Below, piece after piece: positions 24,651 to 37,492 of a DNA stretch of 64,000 nt. Numbering within the stretch: position 1 is the stretch's first letter; each line of letters opens with the position of its first letter. Location of the stretch: the NCBI RefSeq assembly GCF_006345805.1, contig NC_042998.1, positions 203,546,001 to 203,610,000 on the forward strand, read 5' to 3'. A model generated the notes under the pieces. That model did no database searches. It worked only from the letters and a program-made list of their open reading frames with translations, and was not told the origin of the DNA. The stretch comes from Octopus sinensis. Lineage: Eukaryota. The position numbers and the translations under genes are program-made.

Positions 24651-25437
24651 TTTATCATATCTATAAAAGGCATGATGTGTGTGTGTGTGTGTGTACGTGA
24701 TTGTAATTTATGCACGTCCACAAATTAGCACGCATGTTGCTCAAATTTTAGGAGGACATTTCTCAACACCCTGTCTGGGTTTTGTCAACTTATTCTTTTC
24801 CCGAGGCACCCGCGGATAGGGTAAAAATCTATTTTCAACCATTTTCAACCTTACCTTTTAACCATAACAAATATCAGTCATTGCTTTTTCGACGGCGTCT
24901 AACAAAAAAAAATAGGATAAAGAAAAGTGGAAGAAGGAGGCAGAGAGTTTCACTGGAAAGAGAAAGTGAGAGAGGGAGAGAGAGAGAGAGTAAGTGACTA
25001 CGTTCATAAAAAAATAAAATGTAAAATGTTTTGTTTTTTGTTTTTAAAAGGTACACTATATTTTATAATCATAGTATTTCGTTTTCCTTGTTTCAGCTCA
25101 GAGCTGCGGCCATGCTGATGCATATACTTTCTTACACAACAATTACAATATATTTATTTTAAATCATTCATTTCTGTTTACGAACATGTATGCGTGCACA
25201 AAACATGCAATAGGTGTACGTACGTACGTGTATGTATGTGTGTTAGTGTCTGTTGCTCATATAGATTTATATATATTACATGATTAATCAGCCGAAATTG
25301 CGAAGATGATCCGGTTCTTGACTGAAGATTAAAGGCTTTTAATGTCCCATCCGTGTTTTTTGCATCGTCTTCTAAATGTTTCACGTTCTTGTCCCAGTTT
25401 GTATTTTTTTACATTTACATATATATATATATATATA

Positions 25438-25832
25438 TCTTTATATAAAAGTGAAGTTGTGTGTCTGTCTCCTATGATTTAGATTCCTAACTACTCCCAC
25501 ATTTTGCGGTGCAGTTTAACCAAAAGCGGGTATCTTATAGTCGTGATTCATATCGAGCCCTTCTGGGTATTAGCGCACGTCTACGATGAGTCTACGATTT
25601 AAAAAAAAAATTACCATAATTTTTCCCCATTTTTAATGCATTTTTTGCTATTATATAAGGGAAGTAACTCTCTAAAAATGTATTATTAAATCTCAGAACG
25701 TAAAAAGCTACAGTAACACCCCTCCCCCTTTGTGGTTAGCCATATTGAGATGGCTGTTATACTTTACATATCTAAAAATGCTTATATAGTTTTTTCCCTT
25801 ACAAGCCCGAGCAACGCCGGGCGATACTGCTA

Positions 25833-25833
<1 letters not shown>
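25438..25833 (+). mobile_element. Non-autonomous Helitron, family H2
   Basis: A|TCTTTATATAAAAG...CCCGAGCAACGCCGGGCGATACTGCTAG|T; the interior differs from H1. Confidence 0.9.
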
Positions 25834-25884
<51 letters not shown>

Positions 25885-25895
<11 letters not shown>

Positions 25896-26337
25896 GTTAT
25901 CGCCATACTAATGGCATTCTTATAAAAATAAGAAAAAAGCTGTCCGCTTATTAGCTCCATGAGGCCATCGCCTTAAGTTAGCTATTTGATACACAAACTG
26001 TATCCATATAACCTTCGAACAAGGGAGGTCAGTCGCTCCACACTACTTGACCGGCAGCTACAGACGCGTTTCGGGGTATGCCCCTTTTCAATGCAGCGTC
26101 GCCAGCCAGTAGGTGTCGCTTCCGACAATCTCTGTTCGATGGTTTTATTTACCTAGTTTCGGTGGAATACATCCACTTGTTTTCAATAATAGAAATATTA
26201 AAATAACTAAGTCTCTCTAAAAGAGAACAGCGGATTTCGCCCAAGTTTGACGTCTATATTACTTAGTTTGGTTTGAAACAAAGAACTTGATTAATAATCG
26301 TAACTTAATCCCGGGCAAGGCCGGGTTATACTGCTAG
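25885..26337 (+). mobile_element. Helitron-like element H3 carrying an antisense hammerhead
   Basis: 3' end CCCGGGCAAGGCCGGGTTATACTGCTAG|T; the 5' end is lost in (TA)n. Confidence 0.65.
26057..26097 (-). ncRNA. Minimal type I hammerhead ribozyme (family 3, U3-A8 variant)
   Basis: Minus strand GCTGCA-TTGAAAA-GGGG-cata-CCCC-GAAAC-GC-GTC-TGTAGC: 6-bp stem I, palindromic ACGCGT stem III, GUC triplet. Confidence 0.75.
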
Positions 26338-26489
26338 TATATACATATTCATTTTATTATAAATGCAAAACAGCAGCGCGGAGGAATCGACGTAAGCTTA
26401 AATGATAAATCGCGATAGGTGAACCGTAGTTTGGCGAGGGATTCATGAAGGCTCATGCACGCACACACATACATATTTACGCAGATATA

Positions 26490-26635
26490 CCGCCGAGGTT
26501 GACTTTGCCTTTCGGGGACGATTAAATAAGTACCAGTTACGCACTGAGGTCGATATAATCGACTTAATCCGTTTGTCTGTCCTTGTTTGTCCTCTCTGTG
26601 TTTAGCCCCTTGTGGGTAGTAAAGAAATAGATATA
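26490..26635 (+). mobile_element. SINE-B, 5'-truncated
   Basis: Meta-like block and tail. Confidence 0.85.
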
Positions 26636-27540
26636 CAGACACGCATGTTCTCTCTCTCTATCTATACACGTGCGCATATATATACTCACACTCTCCCCCT
26701 TTTCTCTCTCCCTCCCTCCCTCATTCTCTCTCCCTCTCTCTCTCCTCCTTACTGCCAGGTTCATGTGAACCTTGAAGATATGTTTGTGAGCCTTAAAGAT
26801 TGTGTATCTAACTGCAACCTCTTTCTTAACCTTTCCTCCTCCTACTACTTCGCTTCGTCTCCTCTGGAGGTTAATTGGGAGAGTAGGAGGAAGGGGTATC
26901 AAGTTTACTACTATTTAACCCCAGGTCAACACTGATCGAGCAGACTTACGACAAAAGGAACTCCAGCCGTGACCATCCCCTCCCGGTCTTTTTTTTTTTT
27001 TTTCAGGCAACCTCGTCTTCAGTTGTCTATATTTTCCAATGACGACATCATTTTTATTTTTCGAAAGAATTGGAGGAGATTTGACTTCTATTTCTAGCAA
27101 AGTGAGCCAAATCGTACAGGGCTTCTTCGTTGGCTTGTGCCGTTATTATTATTATTATTATTATTTAGAATTGTTACCTCGTTGGTCAAAGTGTCTTCTG
27201 CAATCTGAGTTCAATTCCTGCTCGGGTCATCTCAGATAAATCGAACAGAGCAGCGATGGATCACTAAATGCTTTGTGGTATTTTAGTTCCAGCTCTTTAC
27301 AATCTGAGTTCAAATCCTGTCGATGGTCCTTTGTTCCCGGCTCGAATCCCGCTAGTTACAACTTTCTCTTTCATGCAGCCGGGGGCTAAATAAAATCAAG
27401 TCGATTTTACCAACTTTTTCCCCAAAATGATATTTTATTTTGCTAAAAACTTTTATCATTCTTGCCACATTTTTTTTTAACTAGAAGACAATGGAATTTC
27501 ATTTCAGAGATGGTAGTGTACTGGACAAAATGGGTTCTAA

Positions 27541-27910
27541 TAAAGACTGTTTGCCAACATAACATGGCAGTCCTGGTTTAGGACGAATGTTGCTGTAATT
27601 TAGCCCCAGGAGACATCGTCTCCAGCTGGCTATGCGACACGATCTGTGTCCTAATACTCTTTTACTTGTTTCAGTCATTTGACTGTGGCCATGCTGAAGC
27701 ACCGCTTTTAGTCGATCGAGCAATTCGACCCCAGGACTTATTCTTTGTAAGCCTAGTACTTATTCTATCGGTCTCTTTTGCCGAGCCGCTAAGTCACGGG
27801 GACGTAAACACACTAGCATCGGTTGTTAAGCGATGTTGGTGGGACAGACACACACACACAAACATACACGCACGCACACACACACACACACACACACCAC
27901 ACACACACAC

Positions 27911-27948
<38 letters not shown>

Positions 27949-28279
27949 ATATATATACACATATATATACATACATATATATGACGGGCTTCTTTCAGGT
28001 TTCCATCCACCAAATCCACTCACAAGGCTTCGATCGACCCGAGGTTATAGTAAAAGACACTTGCCAAGGTGCCATGCAGTGGGACTGAACCCGAAACCAT
28101 GTGGTTCGTAAGCAAGCTAGTTACCACACACCCACTCCTATATATATATATTATATATATATATATATAAGGACACAGATCATGTCGCATAACTAACTGG
28201 AGACGATGTCTCCTGGGGCTAAATTACAGCAACATTCGTCCTAAACCAGGACTGCCATGTTATGTTGGCAACAGTCTTT
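27541..28279. mobile_element. Palindromic MITE (about 110-bp arms) with SINE-A inserted at its centre
   Basis: 27541-27650 is the reverse complement of 28169-28279; TA at both ends. Confidence 0.85.
27655..28139 (-). mobile_element. SINE-A
   Basis: Full copy. Confidence 0.9.
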
Positions 28280-28457
28280 ACTACAAAAGTACTGTTGCTG
28301 AATATCTCTCGTTGTGAGATTTAAAAATAGTAATTTTCTAAGATGGTTTGTTATTTAGTTTTATGTCTCACTACATTAAACTCAAATCATAATGGGGTCT
28401 TATCTTCCCAACATCGGTACAATATCATATTAGGGTCTATCTGATTGACTGTAACCC

Positions 28458-28842
28458 GGCATACCTACACATCTGTACCGCCCCCCCACCCCACCGACTT
28501 TGTTGTCTCATCACTTCCAGGAAAAATGGGTATCTTAAAAGGGAATTTAAATACGCTTCAGATGGTGTAGATTGCGATTATATCGGAGATTAATATAAAA
28601 TTTGATGAGCCAGTACATATACATACTGACATACATCACAATGTTTTTCGAAATTTCATGACGTGTGGTGCCACTATGTATGTGTACAAGTCCACCGAAT
28701 TTTATTTTTCATATTAAATTCCGATATAATTGTAATCTATGCCATCTGAAACGTATTTGTAGAAAATTTCATTAAAAAATATCCATTTTTCTGGAAATTA
28801 TGATGAAACAAATTCGGTGGGGCACACTTGTGTAGGTATGCC
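28458..28842. mobile_element. Long-TIR MITE (second copy at 29631-30015)
   Basis: GGCATACCTACAC...GTGTAGGTATGCC ends with imperfect inverted arms of about 150 bp. Confidence 0.75.
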
Positions 28843-28875
28843 TTTAGAACTTACCTTCACAAATTCGTTTATATA

Positions 28876-29063
28876 CTCTTTTACTTGTTTCAGTCATTTG
28901 ACAGTGTCCATGCTGGAGCACCGCCTTTAGTTGAGCAAATCGACCCCAGGACTTATTCTTTGTAAGCCTAGTATTTATTCTATCAGTCTCTTTTGACGAA
29001 CTGCTAAGTTACGGGGACTTAAGCACACCGGTATCGGTTGTCAAGCGATGTTCGGGGGGACAG

Positions 29064-29141
<78 letters not shown>

Positions 29142-29316
29142 TATACATACATATATATGACGGGCTTCTTTCAGGTTTCCATCCACCAAATCCACTCACA
29201 AGGCTTCGATCGACCCGAGGTTATAGTAAAAGACACTTGCCCAAGGTGCCATGCAGTGGGACTGAACCCGAAACCATGTGGTTCGTAAGCAAGCTAGTTA
29301 CCACACACCCACTCCT
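28876..29316 (-). mobile_element. SINE-A (chimeric at the duplication junction)
   Basis: The tail half matches the 30049 copy; the head half matches the 27655 copy. Confidence 0.85.
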
Positions 29317-30048
29317 ATATATATATATATATATATATATAAGGACACAGATCATGTCGCATAACTAACTGGAGACGATGTCTCCTGGGGCTAAATTACA
29401 GCAACATTCGTCCTAAACCAGGACTGCCATGTTATGTTGGCAAACAGTCTTTACTACAAAAGTACTGTTGCTGAATATCTCTCGTTGTGAGATTTAAAAA
29501 TAGTAATTTTCTAAGATGGTTTGTTATTTAGTTTTATGTCTCACTACATTAAACTCAAATCATAATGGGGTCTTATCTTCCCAACATCGGTACAATATCA
29601 TATTAGGGTCTATCTGATTGACTGTAACCCGGCATACCTACACATCTGTAGCGCCCCCCCCCCCCACCGACTTTGTTGTCTCATCACTTCCAGGAAAAAT
29701 GGGTATCTTAAAAGGGAATTTAAATACGCTTCAGATGGTGTAGATTGCGATTATATCGGAGATTAATATAAAATTTGATGAGCCAGTACATATACATACT
29801 GACATACATCACAATGTTTTTCGAAATTTCATGACGTGTGGTGCCACTATGTATGTGTACAAGTCCACCGAATTTTATTTTTCATATTAAATTCCGATAT
29901 AATTGTAATCTATGCCATCTGAAACGTATTTGTAGAAAATTTCATTAAAAAATATCCATTTTTCTGGAAATTATGATGAAACAAATTCGGTGGGGCACAC
30001 TTGTGTAGGTATGCCTTTAGAACTTACCTTCACAAATTCGTTTATATA

Positions 30049-30573
<525 letters not shown>

Positions 30574-30739
30574 ATATGTTTAAAAAAAAATCATTAATAT
30601 GGTAATTAATTAGTAGCAGAAGCAGAGGGAATTGCGCCAGTTTACTTTCTGATCCTTGGTTACGAACGTAAACTTAGTTACTGGACTCTATTAAAGCTCA
30701 GACTCTTCAAAACTAGATTTCTGCTGGACATTAATAAAC

Positions 30740-31030
30740 TTTCCTATTAAAGGCACGAGGCCTGAATTTTGGTGGTGGGCATTAGTCGATTACATCGACC
30801 CAGTGTTTCACTGGTACATAATTTATCGACCCCCGGCGGAATTTGAACTCAGAACGTAGCGACCGGCGAGATACCAAGTCCAGCGCGCCAACGATTCTGC
30901 TTTTGAACATTAATAATTTCTTTCTACTCTAGGCACAAGACCCGAAATTCGGGGGGGGGGGGCAGTCGATTAGATCGACCCCAGTACGCAACTGGTACTT
31001 TATCGACCCCCGAAAGGATGAAAGGCAATG
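30740..31030 (-). mobile_element. SINE-B fragments (alternative tail) with a TSD
   Basis: TGGACATTAATAA on both sides. Confidence 0.75.
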
Positions 31031-31248
31031 GACATTAATAATGGGTGGAAGAAAACCAGAATCAGTTTTTAATGTTTCTGTCAGAAAGGGAGAAATTATT
31101 GTTGTGGTGACGGTTTGACAGAAACGAATCAGGATTCAGGTGAAATGTCCTTTCTTATCCTCTTTCTACTTTGAAATTCCATCAACACCATTATCTCCCA
31201 GCAATTAAAAAAACGGAAGCAAAACTTTCTGTTTTGTTTCTCTCTCTT

Positions 31249-31546
31249 TCTCTTTTACTTGTTTCAGTCATTTGACTGCGGCCATGCTGGAGCACCGCCT
31301 TTTTTTAGTCGAGCAAATCGACCCCGGGACTTATTCTTTGTAAGCCCAGTACTTATTCTATCGGTCTCTTTTGCCGAACCGCTAAGTGACGGGGACGTAA
31401 ACACACCAGCATCGGTTGTCAAGCAATGCTAGGGGGACAAACACAGACACACAAACACACATACATATATATATATATATATACATATATACGACGGGCT
31501 CCTTTCAGTTTCCGTCTACCAAATCCACTCACAAGGCATTGGTCGG
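31249..31546 (-). mobile_element. SINE-A, 5'-truncated
   Basis: Near-consensus tail and body. Confidence 0.9.
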
Positions 31547-31608
31547 GAGCTTTCTGGAACTTTCTTCTGCCAATTTGTTCTTTTTCTATTCTAAAATATA
31601 ACTGTTTA

Positions 31609-32003
31609 CTAGCAGTATCGCCCGGCGTTGCTCGGGTTTGTTTCGACCCTTTAGAATTGGAATTTTTGAAAAGTAAAAATTTTGCATTATGTAGCTTGTT
31701 ATTCTCTTTAAGTGAACATTTTTCTGGTTGAAATACACCGAAAAATGGCGACACAGCTGTCAGAAAATCGTAAAAAATAGGGATTTTCATAGAAAAATAA
31801 GCACCTTTTTGATGCAAATAATTTTTGGTGTTAACATGGTCCGATTTGAATTTTTTCTTCTACGGAATGAAGAGCAAGTTTCCTTCTATCATACTCTCAA
31901 TTTTGGTCAACTTGCGCCGCAGGGTCTCGGAGGAGATAGTGTTAGTTGAAGGCTACCAAACCTGCCATACACAGACAACTTCAGCTTTATGTATAGAGAG
32001 AGA
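31609..32003 (-). mobile_element. Non-autonomous Helitron H1
   Basis: Reverse complement of 24258-24650 with A|TC...CTAG|T boundaries. Confidence 0.9.
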
Positions 32004-32154
32004 TGTGTGGTAAGTAGCTTGCTAACCAACCACATGGTTCCGGGTTCAGTCCCACTGCGTGGCATCTTGGGCAAGTGTCTTCTGCTATAGCCCCGGGCCG
32101 ACCAATGCCTTGTGAGTGGATTTGGTAGACGGAATCTGAAAGAAGCCTGTTGTA

Positions 32155-32196
<42 letters not shown>

Positions 32197-32400
32197 TGTG
32201 TGTGTATGTATTTGTTCACCTAGCATTGCTTGACAACCGATGCTGGTGTGTTTACGTCCCCGTAACTTAGCGGTTCGTCAAAAGAGACCGATAGAATAAG
32301 TACTGGGCTTACAAAAGAATAAGTCCCGGGGTCGATTTGCTCGACTAAAGGCGGTGCTCCAGCATGGCCGCAGTCAAATGACTGAAACAAGTAAAAGAGT
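32004..32400 (+). mobile_element. SINE-A missing its first bases
   Basis: Family match. Confidence 0.9.
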
Positions 32401-33304
32401 AAAGAGTTAAAGAGAGAGAGATAAATATGACCATAATACCTACGATGCTCTCTCATCGAATATATGTCCAAATTATTGAACAAGCCGCAATTATTTACTT
32501 CTGATTCGATGAAAGGTGAATACATTTCTGTATATTTACGCCATTAGAAGTCCCAATGTCTTGTGTCTTTGGCTGCAATTCTAAAATTAAGAAGTGTTTA
32601 TTACTAACTTCTTCCAGGCGCTCCATTCTTTTTGTCCCTTTAGAGTTCATCAGTCGAGCTTTTTTTCCCCTCCAGAAAATGTCTCTTGTTTATAAATTGT
32701 CGCCGCTTAATTAACGTCTCTCTCTCTCTTCTCCCTTAATGTCTGTTCCTCACGTCTCCATCTTTACTAAACTGTCGTCTGCCAATCACTCAGATTATCG
32801 TCTGCTGTTGATGTCGCTCTCTCACTCTCTCTCTCTCACTCTCTCTCTCTCTCTCTCTCTCTGTCTGTCTCTCTCTGTCTGTCTCTCTCTGTCTGTCTCT
32901 CTCTGTCTGTCTCTCTCTGTCTGTCTCTCTCGTCTGTCTCTCTCTGTCTCTCTCTCTCTGTGGGTCGACCGTGTCCTCCGCTTCATTTTTTGTTAATCAC
33001 TCATTCTCATTTAATTGTATATATTTTAATTGTTTGTTTATTCATGTTTCGTCTCATTCGATACCCTGACCCCAACGTTTGTTTTGTCCCCTCTTTTTCT
33101 CAACCTTATGGTGAATAAAGAAATACTCTCTCTCTCTCTGTCTTGACATCTCTCTTCTTAGAATTTCAACGGCCAACTGATGGCATTTCTCTCGTTTTAA
33201 TCTATCGTTTTGCTCTTCAGTTTATCTCCATTAAATAAACTGTCCTTTCTATATTTTTAATCAGTCATCTTCCATTTCTAAAACATCGACCAAAGATGAC
33301 TTCA

Positions 33305-33344
33305 TGTCTTTCTCTGTGACTCTCTCTCTCTTCCTTTTTTCCAC

Positions 33345-33375
<31 letters not shown>

Positions 33376-33910
33376 TCCCTTTCTCCATCTCCCCCTCTCT
33401 CTCTTCCCTTTCTCCACCCCCTCTCTCTTCCCTTTCTCCATCTCCCCTCTCTCTCTTCCCTTTCTCCACCCTCCTCTCTCTTCCCTTTCTCCATCTCCCC
33501 CTCTCTCTCTTCCCTTTCTCCATCTCCCCCTCTCTCTCTCTTCCCTTTCTCCATCTCCCCCTCTCTCTCTTCCCTTTCTCCATCTTCCTCTCTCTGTCTC
33601 TCTCTTCCCTTTCTCCACCCTCCCCTCTTTCTCTCTTCCCTTTCTCCACCCTCCCCTCTTTCTCTCTTCCCTTTCTCCACCCTCCCCTCTTTCTCTCTTT
33701 CTCTCTTCCCTTTCTCCACCCTCCCCTCTTTCTCTCTCTTCCCTTTCTCTACCCTTCCCCTCTCTCTCTCTCTTCCCTTTTTCCACACTTCCCCTCTCTC
33801 TTCCCTTCCCCCTCACCCTCTCTCTTCCCTTCCCCACCCTCTCTCTTCCCCTTATCCTCTTTCTCTTCCCCCATCCTCTCTCTCTCTTCCCTCTCCCTCT
33901 CTCCTCCCCT
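33305..33910. repeat. CT-rich minisatellite (about 25-28-bp CTCTCTCTTCCCTTTCTCCA.. units)
   Basis: Direct inspection. Confidence 0.95.
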
Positions 33911-34182
33911 TCTCCCCCCTAAGTGGTGCCACCACAACAGTGATAGTTTCAATTATGATGTGATATACCGACGCAGGCGAAGAGACAGTGTTAGAGGGAG
34001 GAGGAAGGAGGAGGAGGTCTCTCTGCTCTTTTAAACTCTTTGAAAGCCGTATTCTTCAGGTAAAGTACGCAAGGTGCCGCAGAGAAAGAAAATAACCCTG
34101 TTCGAACCAGAATTAACAAAGTTCCTCGCTAATACCACCAACCATTATTACAGCATTACATGATGATGATAATGGCTTCAAA

Positions 34183-34580
34183 TAGGCGGCGAGCTGGCAG
34201 AAACGTTAGGACGCCGGGCGAAATGCCTAGCGGTATTTCGTTTGCCGTTACGTTCTGAGTTCAAATTCCGCCAAGGTCGACTTTGCCTTTCATCCTTTCG
34301 GGGTCGATAAATTAAGTACCAGTTGCGTACTGGGGTCGATCCAATCGACTAAATCCGTTTGTCTGACCTTGTTTGTCCCCTCTGTGTTTAGTCCCTTGTG
34401 GGTAATAAAGAAACAGGTATTTTGTCCGCCGTTACGTTCTGAGTTCAAATTCCGCCGAGGTCGACTTTGCCTTTCATCCTTTCGGGGTCGATAAATTAAG
34501 TACCAGTTGTGTACTGGGGTCGATGTAATCGACTGGTCCCCTCCCCAAAAATTTCGGGCCTTGTACCTAGAGTAGAAAAG
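34183..34580 (+). mobile_element. SINE-B dimer with two different 3' tails
   Basis: The first unit ends GAAACAGGTATTT and runs directly into a second body ending CCCTCCCCAAAAATTTCGGGCCTTG. Confidence 0.85.
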
Positions 34581-34584
34581 AATA

Positions 34585-34800
34585 ATGGTTTCAAATTTTG
34601 GCACAAGGCCAGAAACTTCAGCGGGAGGGCATTAGTCGATTACATTAAGCCTAGTGTTCAAACGGTACTTATTTCATCGGCCCTGAAACGTTGAAAGGCA
34701 AAGTCGACCTCGGCGGAATTTGAACTCGGTGACATTTCGTCTGTCTTTACGTTCCAAGTATTTTGTCTGGCGTGCTAACGACTCTGCCAGCTTGCTGCCT
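34585..34800 (-). mobile_element. SINE-B, rearranged
   Basis: Family match on the minus strand. Confidence 0.75.
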
Positions 34801-34990
34801 TGTCAGATATTTCCCTCGGCACCGCAACATCCAGTCCCATTTTGTTAATGAAACGGCGTCTAAAATCTAATCTGATCTCGTATTTGGATTACACACCGAC
34901 TCTGTTGTAGCTGTGAACATCACATCCTGTCTGTCATTCTCATCTCGCTCCAGCTTCCTAAGCGTGGAACCAGTCCTTGTTTGTTTACAG

Positions 34991-35107
34991 ATTAACAGAC
35001 CATGTTTCTAATTACCTAACAGGATGCCACACAAAAGAGATGTATGCACTTGTCTGCAGCCCACATTTCTATGCTTCGATAGAAGCTGCTTTTTGATGTT
35101 GGGATGG
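34991..35107 (+). CDS. Candidate exon containing a start codon (ATG at 35024; MPHKRDVCTCLQPTFLCFDRSCFLMLGW), unknown gene
   Basis: Acceptor ccttgtttgtttacag|, donor TGG|gtaagt and A at -3 of the ATG. No homolog recognised. Confidence 0.3.
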
Positions 35108-35239
35108 GTAAGTGTTAGCTGAACTTTAAACCAGCCCAGAAACTTTGCCGGGTGCGGGTCGGGTGTGCGTTTACGTTTATGACAACTTGCCAAATAAATT
35201 TAATCGCCTCAGTTTCAAATGAACAATATTGACTTCTGC

Positions 35240-35985
35240 AAATCATCTTTCTTTCTCTTCTCTCTACTTCTTTTTTTCTCTCTGTCCCCCTCTCTTTCCA
35301 TCTTTCTCTCTCTCTCTCTCTCTCCCTTCTCTCTCCCTACTTCTTTTTTTCTCTCTGTCCCCCTCTCTTTCCATCTTTCTCTCTCTCTCTCTCCCTTCTC
35401 TCTCCCTACTTCTTTTTTTCTCTCTGTCCCCCTCTCTTTCCATCTTTCTCTCTCTCTCTCCCTTCTCTCTCCCTACTTCTTTTTTTCTCTCTGTCCCCCT
35501 CTCTTTCCATCTTTCTCTCTCTCCCTTCTCTCTCTCTGCCTTCTCTCTCTCTCTGCCTTCTCTCTCTCTGCCTTCTCTCTCTCTACCTTCTCTCTCTCTC
35601 TCCCTTCTCTCTCTCTCTCTCCCTTCTCTCTCTCTCTCTCTCTCTCTACTTCTCTCTTTCTCTCTGTCTCCCTCTTTCCTCTCTTTCTCTCTCCCTCTCT
35701 CTCCCTCCCTTCTCTCTCTACTTTTTTCTCTCTGTCTCCCTCTCTTTCCATCTTTCTCTCTGTCTCCCTCTCTTTCCATCTTTCTCTCTCTACTTCTTTC
35801 TTTCTCTCTCTGTCTCCCTCTCTTTCCCTCTCTCTGTCTCCCTCTCTTTCCATCTTTCTCTCATTACTTCTTTCTTTCTCTCTCTCTCCCTCTCTTTCCA
35901 TCTTTCTCTCTCTCTCCCTTCTCCCTTCCCTCTCTACTTCTTTCTTTCTCTCTGTCTCCCTCTCTTTCCCCGTCTTTCTCTCTCA
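35240..35985. repeat. CT-rich tandem repeat
   Basis: Direct inspection. Confidence 0.95.
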
Positions 35986-36744
35986 TAGAGATTCAATGCT
36001 TAAATACCATTATATATTATTTCACATTTCTATTTCATGAACGGATCATATTTAACCAAAGAGAGAAAGAGAGCAGTGTGTGCGCGCGTGTGGTTGTATG
36101 TGTGGTGATGTGGTTGTGTGTGGTGTTGTGTGTGTGTGGTGGTGTGTGTGTGTGGTGGTGTGATTGTGTGTGGTTGTATGTTTGGATAGGTAAATGTTAA
36201 CATTTTCAATGTAATTAACCAAAACAAATCCTAAATTTACATCTGGAAACAAAAGAAAGAAAATGACTAGTTTGATAATAAATTCTGAACATCACAGAAA
36301 ATGGCAAAAAGAAATTAAAAAAAAACAACTGAATGGCAACAAGACAACTCGTGACATGTTTCAGTACTATTAGAACTCTTCAGCAAAGTATATTTTTACC
36401 AGTGTCTGTCGGCTCCCTGAGAGATATAGAATTTTCCGGTGTATAAATATCATTGCCTCTTCAAGATATTTTTCTGTTTTTGGCAAGGAAGAATGCAATG
36501 CCATGACCATTTACAGAGCCTCCAAGACTAGGAGTGGGGGAAGATCCCTAAACCAGAAATCTAACCTAAATGCTTATAACCAGAGTTACAAATGCATCTT
36601 AATGCATCCAAGGTGTCAAATATTGGCAAGAGATTAATTCTACCTGGACTGAATGGATACCAGATGACCAGCTGATGGACCAGGAGCTCAGCCATTGTGT
36701 AGACATTTCAGAGTATATTCTGGAGCAGATCACTTTATTCTATA

Positions 36745-37138
36745 CTAGCAGTATCACCCGGCGTTGCTCGGGTTTGTTTTGACCCTTTAGAATTGGAATT
36801 TTTGAAAAGTAAAAATTTTGCATTATGTAGCTTGTTATTCTCTTTAAGTGAACATTTTTCTGGTTGAAATACACCGAAAAATGGCGACACAGCAGTGAAA
36901 AAATCGTAAAAAATAGGGATTTTCATAGAAAAAAAAGCAACTTTTTGAAGTAAATAATTTTTGGTGTTAACATGGTCCGATTTGAATTCTTCTACGGAAG
37001 GAAGAGCAAGCCTTCTTCTATCATACTCTCAATTTTGGTCAACTTGTGCTGTAGGGTCTCGGAGGAGATAGTGTTAGTTGAAGGCTACCAAACCTGCCAC
37101 ACACACACAGACTTCAGCTTTATATATAGAGAGAGAGA
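36745..37138 (-). mobile_element. Non-autonomous Helitron H1
   Basis: Third copy of the family, with A|TC...CTAG|T boundaries. Confidence 0.9.
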
Positions 37139-37284
37139 TTGCCTCACTTAAGTCTAGCTTAGTGGTTCTCAACCATTTTCGTTCTCTGTGCACCTGTTTT
37201 GATCTTGTTTCACTCAGGTGGACCCTCATAACCATTCCATCATTTAAAAAAATCCTTTAGTAGTTTTATGATTAAATCTATTAG

Positions 37285-37448
37285 TGCCAGTGGCACGCAG
37301 TAAGCACCCACTACACTCTGGGAGTGGTTGGCATTAGGAAGGGCATCCAGCTGTAGAATCTCTGCCAGATCAGACTGGAGCCTGGTGCAGCCCCCTGGCT
37401 TCCCAGTCCCCTGTCAAACTATCCAACCCATGCCAGCATGGAAAGCAG
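37285..37448 (+). mobile_element. SINE-C
   Basis: Core and tail. Confidence 0.9.
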
Positions 37449-37492
37449 ACGTTAAACGATGATGATGAATTGTATAAAATATTGTTATTCTT

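Noticed and set aside
25310-25350. CTGAAGA followed by a TTAAAG/TTTTAA hairpin as a hammerhead
   Set aside because: There is no GAAA half-core after the stem.
31086-31140. Small exon candidates (here, and 51773-51831 on the minus strand)
   Set aside because: The splice signals are plausible, but such short open frames are expected by chance in 64 kb.
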